64,000 nt of DNA from Candidatus Avelusimicrobium gallicola (lineage in GTDB: Bacteria > Elusimicrobiota > Elusimicrobia > Elusimicrobiales > Elusimicrobiaceae). A program made the position numbers and the translations under genes. Shown here piece after piece: positions 8,921 to 16,833 of the stretch; position 1 is the first letter of the stretch; each line of letters begins with the position of its first letter. The notes beneath the pieces are model-generated. The model saw only the letters and a list, made by a program, of their open reading frames with translations. It was not told the origin of the DNA and did no database searches. Location of the stretch: contig SUVG01000003.1 in the NCBI GenBank assembly GCA_015062115.1, forward strand, positions 97,672 through 161,671, in the 5' to 3' direction.

Positions 8921-9808
8921 TTATTTAATAAATAAACTGGAGTCTGCCGCTTGAAGCAAGCGGTCTATTTTTGTTTTATTATCGGCGGAAATTTCACCCA
9001 GCGGCAAGCGAACGGTGTCCGTGCCGAAGCCGATTTTAGACAACATATATTTTACGCAAGTGGGGTTTGTTTCCAGGTAGCAGGCTTTAATCAAAGGATA
9101 AATTTGCGCAAAAATCTTAAAAGATTCGGCCGTTTTTCCTTCTTGGAATAAATTGTAAATTTTTACAAAAGCCGGAGCAAACACATTGGCCGCCGCACTG
9201 ATAATACCCGAAGCATTGATAGCCAGATATTCGGGGAACAAATCGTCGTTCCCGCACAAATAACTGACGCGGTTGGAATACTTAACGGCCGTATCGGTTA
9301 CATGGGCCATATCGTAATCGGATTCTTTAATGCCCGCAATTTGCGGCACTTCGGCAAGTAAGTCGGCCAATACGCCGGTTGAAATTTTTAAGCCTGTTCT
9401 CCCCGGGATATGATACAAAATTACCGGAGTTCCCAAAGAGGCGGCCTGCTTAAAATGTTGAATAAGACCCGAAGCGTTCGGCTTGTTATAGTAAGGCGTT
9501 ACCACCAATACTCCGTCCGGACGGAAGGCCTGGCTCATGCGGATATTTTCTAAAGTGGAGTTGGTGGCGTTTGTTCCCGCGCCGATAATAATTTTCACGC
9601 GGTTTTGGACGCGTTCCGTGCAAAAATGCAGTAATTCTTTTTTTTCTTCCGTCGATAAAGTGGGGGTTTCTGCCGTGGTGCCCAAAAGCACCAAGCCATG
9701 CACGCCGGCTGCTAACTGCGCATCTAATAAGCGCCCTAAAGCGGAATAATCGATGGCGCCTTCGCGGGTCATCGGTGTAACAAGTGCGGTGAAAACTCCT
9801 TTGAACAT
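8921..9808 (-). CDS. dapA: 4-hydroxy-tetrahydrodipicolinate synthase
   Basis: The start was reassigned to the internal ATG at 9808 (MFKGVFTALVTPMTREGAIDY), which is preceded by GGAGGAT. The 55 upstream codons of the track ORF look spurious. The sequence fits the DapA family throughout (GTTAETPTLS, YNKP). Confidence 0.9.
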   Translation of the reverse strand: MFKGVFTALVTPMTREGAIDYSALGRLLDAQLAAGVHGLVLLGTTAETPTLSTEEKKELLHFCTERVQNRVKIIIGAGTNATNSTLENIRMSQAFRPDGVLVVTPYYNKPNASGLIQHFKQAASLGTPVILYHIPGRTGLKISTGVLADLLAEVPQIAGIKESDYDMAHVTDTAVKYSNRVSYLCGNDDLFPEYLAINASGIISAAANVFAPAFVKIYNLFQEGKTAESFKIFAQIYPLIKACYLETNPTCVKYMLSKIGFGTDTVRLPLGEISADNKTKIDRLLQAADSSLFIK

Positions 9809-9898
9809 ATATCCTCCAAAACAGAAATGGGAACAATCATATTTTATCAATTTAATTGCTATAATGAAGTAATCTTTTGTGTGTGAGGATTTGAATTT

Positions 9899-11080
9899 AT
9901 GGCTGAAAACGAAAACGAAAAAAATCAAACGGCAGATACTTCTACCAGCCTGCCGAAAGAACAATGGGAGCAAAAGATGTTAGAAAACGAGAAAACGGCT
10001 ACCCTTGTTTCCGATATTAAAAAAGAAGAAACAACCGAAGAAAAAAAAGAAGAAAAACCTGTAAAAGAAAAAGCCGAAGGGAAGAAAATTTCTCTCCCGG
10101 GTTTATGGCCTTCTTTACTTCTGTTAACTTTTATTATTTCTACTTGTTGCGGTCTTTTTCTTTCGGTTCGCCCGGTTCCTGCTTGCACGCAAGAGAAAGA
10201 TAAAACTTCTCAAGAAGAAAGTGCCGAAGAATCTTTGGTTAGCGGGGCTCTCTCTTCCAAATCTTCCAAGCCCGGCATTGCCTGGATTCGCGTAAGAGGC
10301 ATCATCGCGCAAGACAATAATTCGGGACCTTTCTCCCGTCCCAGCGGCGCAAGTGCCATTGCCAAAAAAATTCGTGAAGCGGCGGATGCAAAAAATGTAA
10401 AAGCCATCGTGTTGGATATTAACTCTCCCGGCGGAACGGTTGCTTCCGTACAAAACATTTACAGCGAAATTTTGAAAGCCAAGGAAAAAGGTAAAAAGGT
10501 AGTAGCCCTGTTCCGCGATGTGGCGGCTTCCGGCGGGTTCTACATTGCCATGGCGGCGGATAAAATCGTGGCGGAACCCGGCACGATTACCGGCTCTGTG
10601 GGTGTGATTATGCAAACAAGCAATGTAGAAGGTTTGTTTGAAAAAATCGGTGTAAAAGTAACGCCTATTACTTCGGGCAAATACAAAGACATGGGCTCTG
10701 CTTACCGTCCGATGAGCGATGCCGAAAAAGCCATTTTACAAGATATGGTGGACGATACCTATTCTCAATTCTTCGCGGCGGTAAAAGCCGGTCGCCCCGA
10801 AGTAAAGGAAGAAGATTTGAAGGAATATACGGACGGCCGCATTTTCACCGGTCAACGCGCGTATAATTTGGGCTTTATTGACCAATTGGGCGGGGAAGAA
10901 GAAGCCCGCAAATTGGCAGGGGAATTGGCCGGTTTGAAAGACCCCAAAATCCTTTCGCAAAGAGGCGACGGTATTAAGGAATTGATTTTCTCCTTCGGTT
11001 CCAAAATGGAAAACAAATCGTTGGATAAACAACTGCAAAACTTAACCACGCCCAGCGTCTCCTATTTGTGGGTAAACTAA
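9899..11080 (+). CDS. sppA: Signal peptide peptidase SppA (36K type) with a charged N-terminal extension
   Basis: Shows SPGGTVASVQNIY...AASGGFYIAMAADKIVAEPGTITGSVGV. The N-terminus has a Glu/Lys-rich stretch of about 65 aa followed by one TM segment. Confidence 0.85.
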   Translation: MAENENEKNQTADTSTSLPKEQWEQKMLENEKTATLVSDIKKEETTEEKKEEKPVKEKAEGKKISLPGLWPSLLLLTFIISTCCGLFLSVRPVPACTQEKDKTSQEESAEESLVSGALSSKSSKPGIAWIRVRGIIAQDNNSGPFSRPSGASAIAKKIREAADAKNVKAIVLDINSPGGTVASVQNIYSEILKAKEKGKKVVALFRDVAASGGFYIAMAADKIVAEPGTITGSVGVIMQTSNVEGLFEKIGVKVTPITSGKYKDMGSAYRPMSDAEKAILQDMVDDTYSQFFAAVKAGRPEVKEEDLKEYTDGRIFTGQRAYNLGFIDQLGGEEEARKLAGELAGLKDPKILSQRGDGIKELIFSFGSKMENKSLDKQLQNLTTPSVSYLWVN

Positions 11081-11089
11081 GAGGCCGTT

Positions 11090-11653
11090 ATGGAACTCAT
11101 TAAAATTTATTTTCAATATGTAAAAGACCCTTCCTCCGCGCTTAAAGCCTTGTTGGAAAAACGCTCTTTTCTGTGGGCTTGTTCCGGCTATTTTGCGGCT
11201 ACTTTGGGTTGGGTGCTTTTCTTCAATATCGGGGATAGCGTGATAGTTCCCGTGCTGTTGTTAAAACTGTTGGTTGTTTTTCTGGCGGAATTAACGGCGG
11301 GATATTTTATCGCTTCTCTGTGCGGGCTTTATTTAGATTTTTGCCGCGTTAAATCTTCTCCTGCAGAATTATTTGTGTTGATCGGTTCTGCCGGATTTAT
11401 TAAAGGCCTCTTGATTGCTTTTGCGCTTATTTCGGCAGCCTTGCCTTGGGCAAAACTCGGTTTTTTGGCCGTATTTGCTCTGGTGTTTGTATTCGCTTTG
11501 CAATTGGGATATCTTACGCGCGCGCTTACCCGCGTGTATGATTTAAGAATCGGCCGTGCATTGGGTGCGTGGTTGTTCGGGTTTGTGCCTGTTATTTCGG
11601 TAGGGGTGCTACTTGTTGCGTTTTTGATATGGGGCATAGCCCTGTTAGCATAA
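11090..11653 (+). CDS. Polytopic membrane protein (Yip1-like?), function unknown
   Basis: The 187-aa ORF has about 5 hydrophobic segments. I recognise no catalytic motif. Confidence 0.4.
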   Translation: MELIKIYFQYVKDPSSALKALLEKRSFLWACSGYFAATLGWVLFFNIGDSVIVPVLLLKLLVVFLAELTAGYFIASLCGLYLDFCRVKSSPAELFVLIGSAGFIKGLLIAFALISAALPWAKLGFLAVFALVFVFALQLGYLTRALTRVYDLRIGRALGAWLFGFVPVISVGVLLVAFLIWGIALLA

Positions 11654-11659
11654 AAATTC

Positions 11660-11686
11660 AGCCCCGCGAAAAGCGGGGCTTTTTTA
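11660..11686 (+). terminator. Rho-independent terminator
   Basis: GCCCCGC-GAAAA-GCGGGGC followed by TTTTTT. Confidence 0.8.
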
Positions 11687-11704
11687 TGCGCCGATAATAA
11701 GTCC

Positions 11705-11736
11705 AAAAAAAAGCACACCTTATGAAAGAGGTGTGC
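11705..11736 (-). terminator. Rho-independent terminator downstream of tRNA-Cys
   Basis: On the minus strand: GCACACCT-loop-AGGTGTGC followed by TTTTTTTT. Confidence 0.7.
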
Positions 11737-11754
11737 CGAATATAAAAAATTAAA

Positions 11755-11826
11755 AGGTGCGGGCGGGAATCGAACCCACGAATATCAGTTTTGCAGACTG
11801 ACGCCTTACCACTTGGCCACCGCACC
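11755..11826 (-). tRNA. tRNA-Cys (GCA)
   Basis: The reverse complement GGTGCGGTGGCCAAGTGGTAAGGCGTCAGTCTGCAAAACTGATATTCGTGGGTTCGATTCCCGCCCGCACC folds as a cloverleaf. The anticodon loop is CU-GCA-AA and the T-loop is GGTTCGATTCC. Confidence 0.9.
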
Positions 11827-11859
11827 GTTTCTAAAAGTTCCGCTCACCGGAACATAATT

Positions 11860-11868
11860 ATTATAGCA
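11860..11868 (-). promoter_or_regulatory. Extended -10 promoter element (TGCTATAAT) for tRNA-Cys
   Basis: The minus strand reads TGCTATAAT about 35 nt upstream of the tRNA 5' end. Confidence 0.45.
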
Positions 11869-11915
11869 AAAAAAATAAGTTTTAGGAAGTATAAAATTTT
11901 TTTCTAAATTGGGTC

Positions 11916-11943
11916 TTGAAATTTTTGGGTTTGTGCTTATACT
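11916..11943 (+). promoter_or_regulatory. Sigma70-like promoter of an orphan transcription unit
   Basis: TTGAAA (11916-11921), a 16-nt spacer, then TATACT (11938-11943). Confidence 0.4.
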
Positions 11944-11949
11944 AGCCAT

Positions 11950-12052
11950 ATGGGAGTGCCACAACAGCCCGTTTTAGGGTACGCCTCTTGTAGGGGACTC
12001 GGCCTCCCACCTTTTTGAACCGGCGCGTATGGGCGTGCCGGTTTCTTGTTTG
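11950..12052 (+). ncRNA. Candidate small RNA (about 100 nt), unknown family
   Basis: The region is bounded by the promoter above and by a terminator hairpin AACCGGCGCG-TATG-GGCGTGCCGGTT plus a T-rich tail (12018-12052). There is an internal GGGAG...CTCCC stem. The only ORF has 22 codons and no SD. Confidence 0.3.
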
Positions 12053-12164
12053 TATTTCCTCAATTATGCTATAATATGTATAGTAAAGTTTTACCGGTTC
12101 AAACGAATTTGCCCTGGGTAGTCCTTATTATTTTCATAAAAAACTTTTCCCTTTGTAATTTTTT

Positions 12165-12173
12165 TGATATAAT
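12165..12173 (+). promoter_or_regulatory. Extended -10 promoter (TGATATAAT) for the tRNA-Gly/Thr/Thr-tuf unit
   Basis: TGATATAAT ends 15 nt upstream of the tRNA-Gly 5' end. A second TGCTATAAT lies at 12067-12075. Confidence 0.45.
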
Positions 12174-12188
12174 AAAGTACTGTCTCTT

Positions 12189-12259
12189 GCGGGCGTAGTT
12201 CAATGGTAGAACACTAGCCTTCCAAGCTTGATACGTGGGTTCGATTCCCATCGCCCGCT
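12189..12259 (+). tRNA. tRNA-Gly (UCC)
   Basis: GCGGGCGTAGTTCAATGGTAGAAC...CCTTCCAAG...GGTTCGATTCCCATCGCCCGC. The anticodon loop is CU-UCC-AA. Confidence 0.9.
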
Positions 12260-12283
12260 TGGAGAGACAATAAAACCCTTTTT

Positions 12284-12356
12284 GCTGGGGTAGCTCAGTA
12301 GGTAGAGCATTTCCATGGTAAGGAAAAGGTCGTGGGTTCGATTCCCACTCCCAGCT
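12284..12356 (+). tRNA. tRNA-Thr (GGU), copy 1
   Basis: GCTGGGGTAGCTCAGTAGGTAGAGCATTTCCATGGTAAGGAAAAGGTCGTGGGTTCGATTCCCACTCCCAGC. The anticodon loop is AU-GGU-AA. Confidence 0.9.
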
Positions 12357-12402
12357 TATAAATTTGAAAAGAAATGTCTTTATCAACCGATGAAGGCGAA
12401 AT

Positions 12403-12475
12403 GCTGGGGTAGCTCAGTAGGTAGAGCATCTCCATGGTAAGGAGAAGGTCGTGGGTTCGATTCCCACTCCCAGCT
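12403..12475 (+). tRNA. tRNA-Thr (GGU), copy 2
   Basis: Identical to copy 1 except for one compensated base pair in the anticodon stem (TCTCC/GGAGA versus TTTCC/GGAAA). Confidence 0.9.
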
Positions 12476-12528
12476 TATTTTTAAAAACTAAACAACGCAG
12501 TAAAAACTAAAACAGGAGAACTAAATAA

Positions 12529-13719
12529 ATGGCAAAGGAAAAATTTTCCCGCAGCAAACCGCACGTAAACGTCGGTACCATTGGTCACGTAGACCACGGT
12601 AAGACCACGCTTACCACCGCTATTACGAAAGTATTGGCCAAAGAAGGTAAAGCCAAAGCTATGGCTTACACCGACATCGCTAAAGGCGGTGTAGTGCGCG
12701 ACGCTTCCAAAATCGTAACGGTAGCCGTATCTCACGTAGAATACGAATCTGACAACCGTCACTATGCTCACATTGACTGCCCCGGCCACGCTGACTACAT
12801 TAAAAACATGATCACCGGTGCCGCCCAAATGGACGGTGCTATCTTGGTAGTCTCCGCCGTTGACGGCCCGATGCCGCAAACCCGCGAACACGTACTTTTG
12901 GCCAAACAAGTAAACGTACCGAAACTCGTAGTCTTCCTCAACAAAGTAGACTTGGTTGACGATGCTGACTTGTTGGACTTAGTAGAAGAAGAAATCCGCG
13001 ATTTGCTCGGCAAATACGAATTTGACAGAGATAACACCCCGATCGTGCGCGGTTCCGCTTTGAAAGCGATCGAAGGTGATTCCAGCGAATTGGGCGAACC
13101 CTGCATCAAAAGACTTATGGACGCCTTGGATACCTGGATTCCTGAACCGGAACGCGATACGGAAAAACCGTTCTTGATGGCTGTGGAAGACGTGTTCTCC
13201 ATCACTGGCCGCGGTACGGTAGCCACCGGTAGAATTGAACGCGGTGTTGTACACGTGGGCGATCAATTGGAAATCATCGGTTTCCGCGATACCCTCAACA
13301 CTGTAGCCACCGGTATTGAAATGTTCCGCAAACTCTTAGACGAAGGTATGGCTGGCGATAACGTGGGTATCTTGCTCCGCGGTATCGACAAGAACCAAGT
13401 AGAAAGAGGCCAAGTATTGGCTGCTCCGAAATCTGTAACTCCGCACAAACACTTTGTGGGCCAAGTCTACATCTTGAAAAAAGAAGAAGGCGGCCGCCAC
13501 ACTCCGTTGGCCAAAGGTTACAAACCGCAATTCTACTTGAGAACCACCGACGTAACGGGTGAACTCTCCTTCAACCAAGACATGATTATGCCCGGCGATA
13601 ATGCTGAAATCGAAGTTAAACTCATTACGCCTGTGGCCATGGAAGAAGGCTTGCGCTTTGCTATCCGCGAAGGCGGTCATACGGTAGGCGCCGGCGTTGT
13701 CACCAAAATTATTGAGTAG
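12529..13719 (+). CDS. tuf: Elongation factor Tu
   Basis: Shows [37 protein letters not shown] and NKVD. Confidence 0.98.
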   Translation: MAKEKFSRSKPHVNVGTIGHVDHGKTTLTTAITKVLAKEGKAKAMAYTDIAKGGVVRDASKIVTVAVSHVEYESDNRHYAHIDCPGHADYIKNMITGAAQMDGAILVVSAVDGPMPQTREHVLLAKQVNVPKLVVFLNKVDLVDDADLLDLVEEEIRDLLGKYEFDRDNTPIVRGSALKAIEGDSSELGEPCIKRLMDALDTWIPEPERDTEKPFLMAVEDVFSITGRGTVATGRIERGVVHVGDQLEIIGFRDTLNTVATGIEMFRKLLDEGMAGDNVGILLRGIDKNQVERGQVLAAPKSVTPHKHFVGQVYILKKEEGGRHTPLAKGYKPQFYLRTTDVTGELSFNQDMIMPGDNAEIEVKLITPVAMEEGLRFAIREGGHTVGAGVVTKIIE

Positions 13720-13829
13720 TAAAACTGTTTAGTTTACTGTGGCGGGGGCATTCTAACCAATGCCCCCGCGGATATCGTAAACTGGCAATATTTTAGGGGT
13801 CGCTTGGCCCCATATTAAGGATACTTAAG

Positions 13830-13988
13830 ATGGCAAGTGAAAGAATTACGATCGCGCTGATTTGCACCGAATGCAAAAACAAAAATTACTACCAAGTGCG
13901 CGGTAAAAAGAAAGAATATAAATTGGAACTCAACAAATTCTGCAAAAAATGCGGAAAGAGTACCACTCATAAAGAAGGCAAAGCCTAA
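13830..13988 (+). CDS. rpmG: 50S ribosomal protein L33 (52 aa; below the ORF-track size cut-off)
   Basis: Manual translation gives MASERITIALICTECKNKNYYQVRGKKKEYKLELNKFCKKCGKSTTHKEGKA. It has the CxxC...CxxC zinc ribbon and sits in the canonical tuf-rpmG-secE position. Confidence 0.9.
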   Translation: MASERITIALICTECKNKNYYQVRGKKKEYKLELNKFCKKCGKSTTHKEGKA

Positions 13989-13998
13989 GATTTTTTGT

Positions 13999-14073
13999 GG
14001 GAGCGTCGGTTAACTGGTAAACCACCGGTCTCCAAAACCGGGACTGAAGGTTCGAGTCCTTCCGCTCCTGCCA
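13999..14073 (+). tRNA. tRNA-Trp (CCA), 3' CCA encoded
   Basis: GGGAGCGTCGGTTAACTGGTAAACCACCGGTCTCCAAAACCGGGACTGAAGGTTCGAGTCCTTCCGCTCCTGCCA. The anticodon loop is CU-CCA-AA. Confidence 0.88.
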
Positions 14074-14103
14074 GGTTTTATACCAAGGAAAACGGAAATT
14101 TCT

Positions 14104-14292
14104 ATGAACAAAGCAATCAATTTTCTTAAACAATCGGTAGGCGAATTAAGAAAATCCACCTGGCTTTCCAGACAAGAAGTGGTGCAATCCACTATTCTGG
14201 TGGCGATTGTTGTAGCGCTCGTATCTGCTTATGTAAGCGTTATTGATTTCGGCCTGACCAAAGTGTTGGGTTTTGTAGTCGGAGGGCGCTAA
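14104..14292 (+). CDS. secE: Preprotein translocase subunit SecE
   Basis: A 62-aa single-TM protein (ELRKSTWLSRQEVVQSTILV) in the conserved position before nusG. Confidence 0.85.
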   Translation: MNKAINFLKQSVGELRKSTWLSRQEVVQSTILVAIVVALVSAYVSVIDFGLTKVLGFVVGGR

Positions 14293-14825
14293 TGTCTGAA
14301 GAAAAAGCCTGGTATATCGTGCATACCCAAACGGGGCACGAAGATAAAGTAAGAGAAAAAATCCAACTGAACGTGGAAATCCAAGGGTTTGGAGACCGCG
14401 TTTTTAATGTGTTGGTTCCCACCGAAGAAGTCGTTGAAGTAAAACAAAACAAGAAAATTTTGCGTAAACGGAAATTTTTCCCGGGATATGTGCTGGTAGA
14501 AATGAACATGACCAGCGAAGCCTATTGGTTTATTAAAAGTGTTACGGGTGTAACCGGTTTCTTAGGTGATCCCAACCCGGTGCCGCTTCCGGAAGAGGAA
14601 ATTGCCGGCATTGTGGAACTTACGGATAATACCTCCGGTAAGCCCAAACATGTGGTTCAATTTGAACGCGGCGAAAGCGTCCGCATTACCGAAGGGCCCT
14701 TCAAACACTTTATCGGTGTAGTGGAAGAAGTCAACGAACAAAAGAACAAATTGAAAGTAATGGTTACGGTTTTCGACCGTGCCACCCCCGTAGAAGTGGA
14801 CTTCCTCCAAGTAGAAAAGAACTAG
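14292..14825 (+). CDS. nusG: Transcription termination/antitermination factor NusG
   Basis: Shows [14 protein letters not shown] (the NGN domain) and a C-terminal KOW ([21 protein letters not shown]). Its ATG overlaps the secE stop. Confidence 0.95.
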   Translation: MSEEKAWYIVHTQTGHEDKVREKIQLNVEIQGFGDRVFNVLVPTEEVVEVKQNKKILRKRKFFPGYVLVEMNMTSEAYWFIKSVTGVTGFLGDPNPVPLPEEEIAGIVELTDNTSGKPKHVVQFERGESVRITEGPFKHFIGVVEEVNEQKNKLKVMVTVFDRATPVEVDFLQVEKN

Positions 14826-14868
14826 ATTTTACCGCAGTAAGCAGTAAAAAATATGGAGTAACAAAAAA

Positions 14869-15303
14869 ATGGCAAAAGAGAAAAAAATTAAAGGTTACAT
14901 CAAATTGCAGATTCCTGCTGGCGCTGCCAACCCGGCCCCGCCCGTAGGCCCGGCCTTGGGTCAACATGGTGTAAACATCATGGAATTCTGCAAACAATTC
15001 AACGCCAAAACGGCTAAATTGGAAAAAGGTATTAAGATTCCGGTCGTCATCACTGTTTATGAAGATCGCTCTTTCTCCTTCATCACCAAAATGCCGCCTA
15101 TGGCTGTGCTGATTATCAAGGAACTCGGCCTTGCGAAAGGTTCCGGTGCTCCGCACAAAGATAAAGTCGGCAAGATCACCCAAGCCCAATGTGAAAAAAT
15201 CGCGGCTCAAAAATTGCCCGATTTGAACACCAAAGATGTTAAGCAAGCCGCCGAAATGGTAAAAGGTACTTGCAAAAGCATGGGCGTGGAAGTAGTAAAA
15301 TAA
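14869..15303 (+). CDS. rplK: 50S ribosomal protein L11
   Basis: Shows [34 protein letters not shown]. Confidence 0.97.
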   Translation: MAKEKKIKGYIKLQIPAGAANPAPPVGPALGQHGVNIMEFCKQFNAKTAKLEKGIKIPVVITVYEDRSFSFITKMPPMAVLIIKELGLAKGSGAPHKDKVGKITQAQCEKIAAQKLPDLNTKDVKQAAEMVKGTCKSMGVEVVK

Positions 15304-15354
15304 ATTTGAAAACAGGGAGGGCGAAAGCCCGTTACCACCTAAGGAGTTTTTAAG

Positions 15355-16029
15355 ATGGGAAAAAGAATGGAAGCAGCCGTAAAGGCTTACGATAAATCCA
15401 AAGTTTACACGTTGGAAGAAGGTGCCCAAATCGTTAAAGATAACGCGAAAGCCAAATTTGACGAAACCATCGAAATCCACGTGAAACTTGGTATCGATAC
15501 CAAAAAAGCGGATCAACAAGTCCGCACCACCGTTGCGTTGCCGCACGGTACGGGTAAAACCAAACGCATCGCCGTTATCGCCAAAGGCGAACACGCTCAG
15601 GAAGCCGAAAAAGCCGGTGCCGATCGCGTGGGCGGAGATGATATTGTGGAAGAAGTGCTCAAAGGCAAAATCGACTTTGATGTGCTCGTCGCCACTCCGG
15701 ACACCATGAAAGATTTGGCCAAAGCCGCCAAAATCTTGGGGCCCCGCGGCCTTATGCCGAACCCGAAAAGCGGAACCGTTACCTTCGACTTAGCCAACAC
15801 GATCAAAGCCTTGAAAGCCGGTCGGATTGAGTTCAAAGCCGATGCGTATGGTATCGTACATGCCGTCATTGGTAAAGCCTCTTTTGACACTGTCAAATTG
15901 GCCGAAAATGCAAAAGCCGTTATGGACACCATTCTTCGCGTAAAACCCAGCACCTCTAAAGGGCTTTATGTAAGAAGCATTGCCTTGAGCTCCACCATGG
16001 GGCCTGGCGTATTTGTTACTCACAAATAG
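15355..16029 (+). CDS. rplA: 50S ribosomal protein L1
   Basis: A 224-aa ORF with typical L1 sequence (FDETIEIHVKLGID, LGPRGLMPNPKSGTV). Confidence 0.97.
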   Translation: MGKRMEAAVKAYDKSKVYTLEEGAQIVKDNAKAKFDETIEIHVKLGIDTKKADQQVRTTVALPHGTGKTKRIAVIAKGEHAQEAEKAGADRVGGDDIVEEVLKGKIDFDVLVATPDTMKDLAKAAKILGPRGLMPNPKSGTVTFDLANTIKALKAGRIEFKADAYGIVHAVIGKASFDTVKLAENAKAVMDTILRVKPSTSKGLYVRSIALSSTMGPGVFVTHK

Positions 16030-16046
16030 TCTTTCTCTTTTGCAAC

Positions 16047-16079
16047 GAAAAACCCCCACTCTTACGAGCGGGGGTTTTT
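16047..16079. terminator. Bidirectional rho-independent terminator shared by rplA and the convergent yrbL-like gene
   Basis: AAAAA-CCCCCACTC-TTA-CGAGCGGGGG-TTTTT. The stop codon of the minus-strand gene (TAA, 16062-16064) lies in the loop. Confidence 0.8.
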
Positions 16080-16736
16080 AATTTGTTCATAAACCCAAGG
16101 TTCTATGTCTTGTTCCGTATTAAATAGGGAAGCGAGTTTGGGATTGTTCTTTAAGAAAAAGATAGTTTTTCTTAAAATTTTTTTCCGTCCCCACCAAGCA
16201 ATATATTGTGCAATATTAATGGCATCCGTGCTCCCTAAACCGTCCACAAATATCAATTTGCTTCCTTTTTGCGTGCGTTTTATCAACAAGTTTACCATTT
16301 GCAAATCGCAAGGGATAATATTGTAACGGTAAATATAACAAAAAAAATCTTTCAAAAGTTGTAAAACCGCTGCTTTTACTTTTTTATCCGTGACATCAGC
16401 ATCTTTTAGATATTGGTAGAGGGTGGGAGAAGGGGTCCCATCTTCATTCAACACCCTTTCTTGTAAAAAACAATGATATTCCGGTGTCCGTATTTCTTGA
16501 AAAAAATGAGGTAGATGCGTAAAAGGGACTTTTTTGTTTGCCAAAAATTTAAAATAATTAATTTCCCTGCGTGTTTGTTTATCAAAATTATCCTTGCTTA
16601 TTTTTAATACTACTGTTGGATTATTAGGCAAGAAAAAACACAAGCGCTCCGTTCCTCTTCCGATTAAAAAAGGTTCGGAAAAAGATTTAACGGATACTTG
16701 TTGTAAAAAAGATAAGGCTTCCTGCAATAATGACAT
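16062..16736 (-). CDS. YrbL-family protein-kinase-like fold protein
   Basis: Shows FLIGRGTERLCFFLPNNPTVVLKI...RREINYFKFL...IIPCDLQMVNLLI...LIFVDGLG. This matches the GxGxxR / K / E / D-x-x-x-x-N / D-G layout of the YrbL (PhoP-regulon) kinase-like family. The gene is visibly A+T-rich. Confidence 0.6.
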   Translation of the reverse strand: MSLLQEALSFLQQVSVKSFSEPFLIGRGTERLCFFLPNNPTVVLKISKDNFDKQTRREINYFKFLANKKVPFTHLPHFFQEIRTPEYHCFLQERVLNEDGTPSPTLYQYLKDADVTDKKVKAAVLQLLKDFFCYIYRYNIIPCDLQMVNLLIKRTQKGSKLIFVDGLGSTDAINIAQYIAWWGRKKILRKTIFFLKNNPKLASLFNTEQDIEPWVYEQIKNPRS

Positions 16737-16833
16737 TAAAACCTCTTAGAAAATACTATAGAATCCCACATTAAGAGAATGAGGTAAGGCTTAACATTTC
16801 TATTATAACAAAATAAAATTGCTACAATAAACT

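Noticed and set aside
9809-9973. A 55-codon N-terminal extension of the dapA ORF in the track.
   Set aside because: The extension is hydrophobic nonsense (MLPLFFRQAGRSICRLIFFVFVF...) and overlaps the divergent sppA start. The internal ATG at 9808 has a GGAGGAT SD and gives a canonical DapA N-terminus.
11949-12017. A 22-codon ORF (MGVPQQPVLGYASCRGLGLPPF) inside the candidate sRNA.
   Set aside because: It has no Shine-Dalgarno sequence. The ORF coincides with predicted stems, and it is too short to evaluate. It is kept only as a caveat on the sRNA call.
14764-15594. A 276-aa ORF antisense to the nusG 3' end, rplK and rplA.
   Set aside because: It spans two ribosomal protein genes and their spacer on the opposite strand, and has Phe/Gly/Arg-rich nonsense composition. 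It is a by-product of the sense-strand codon bias.
16030-16039. A 10-nt match (TCTTTCTCTT) between the DNA just after the rplA stop and the 24-mer flanking the dnaJ insert. It hinted at a common insertion-site motif for both accessory regions.
   Set aside because: An exact 10-mer match is expected by chance roughly once per ten windows of this size. The similarity decays immediately after the match (TTTGCAACG versus GACGGACCG). This is not enough support.
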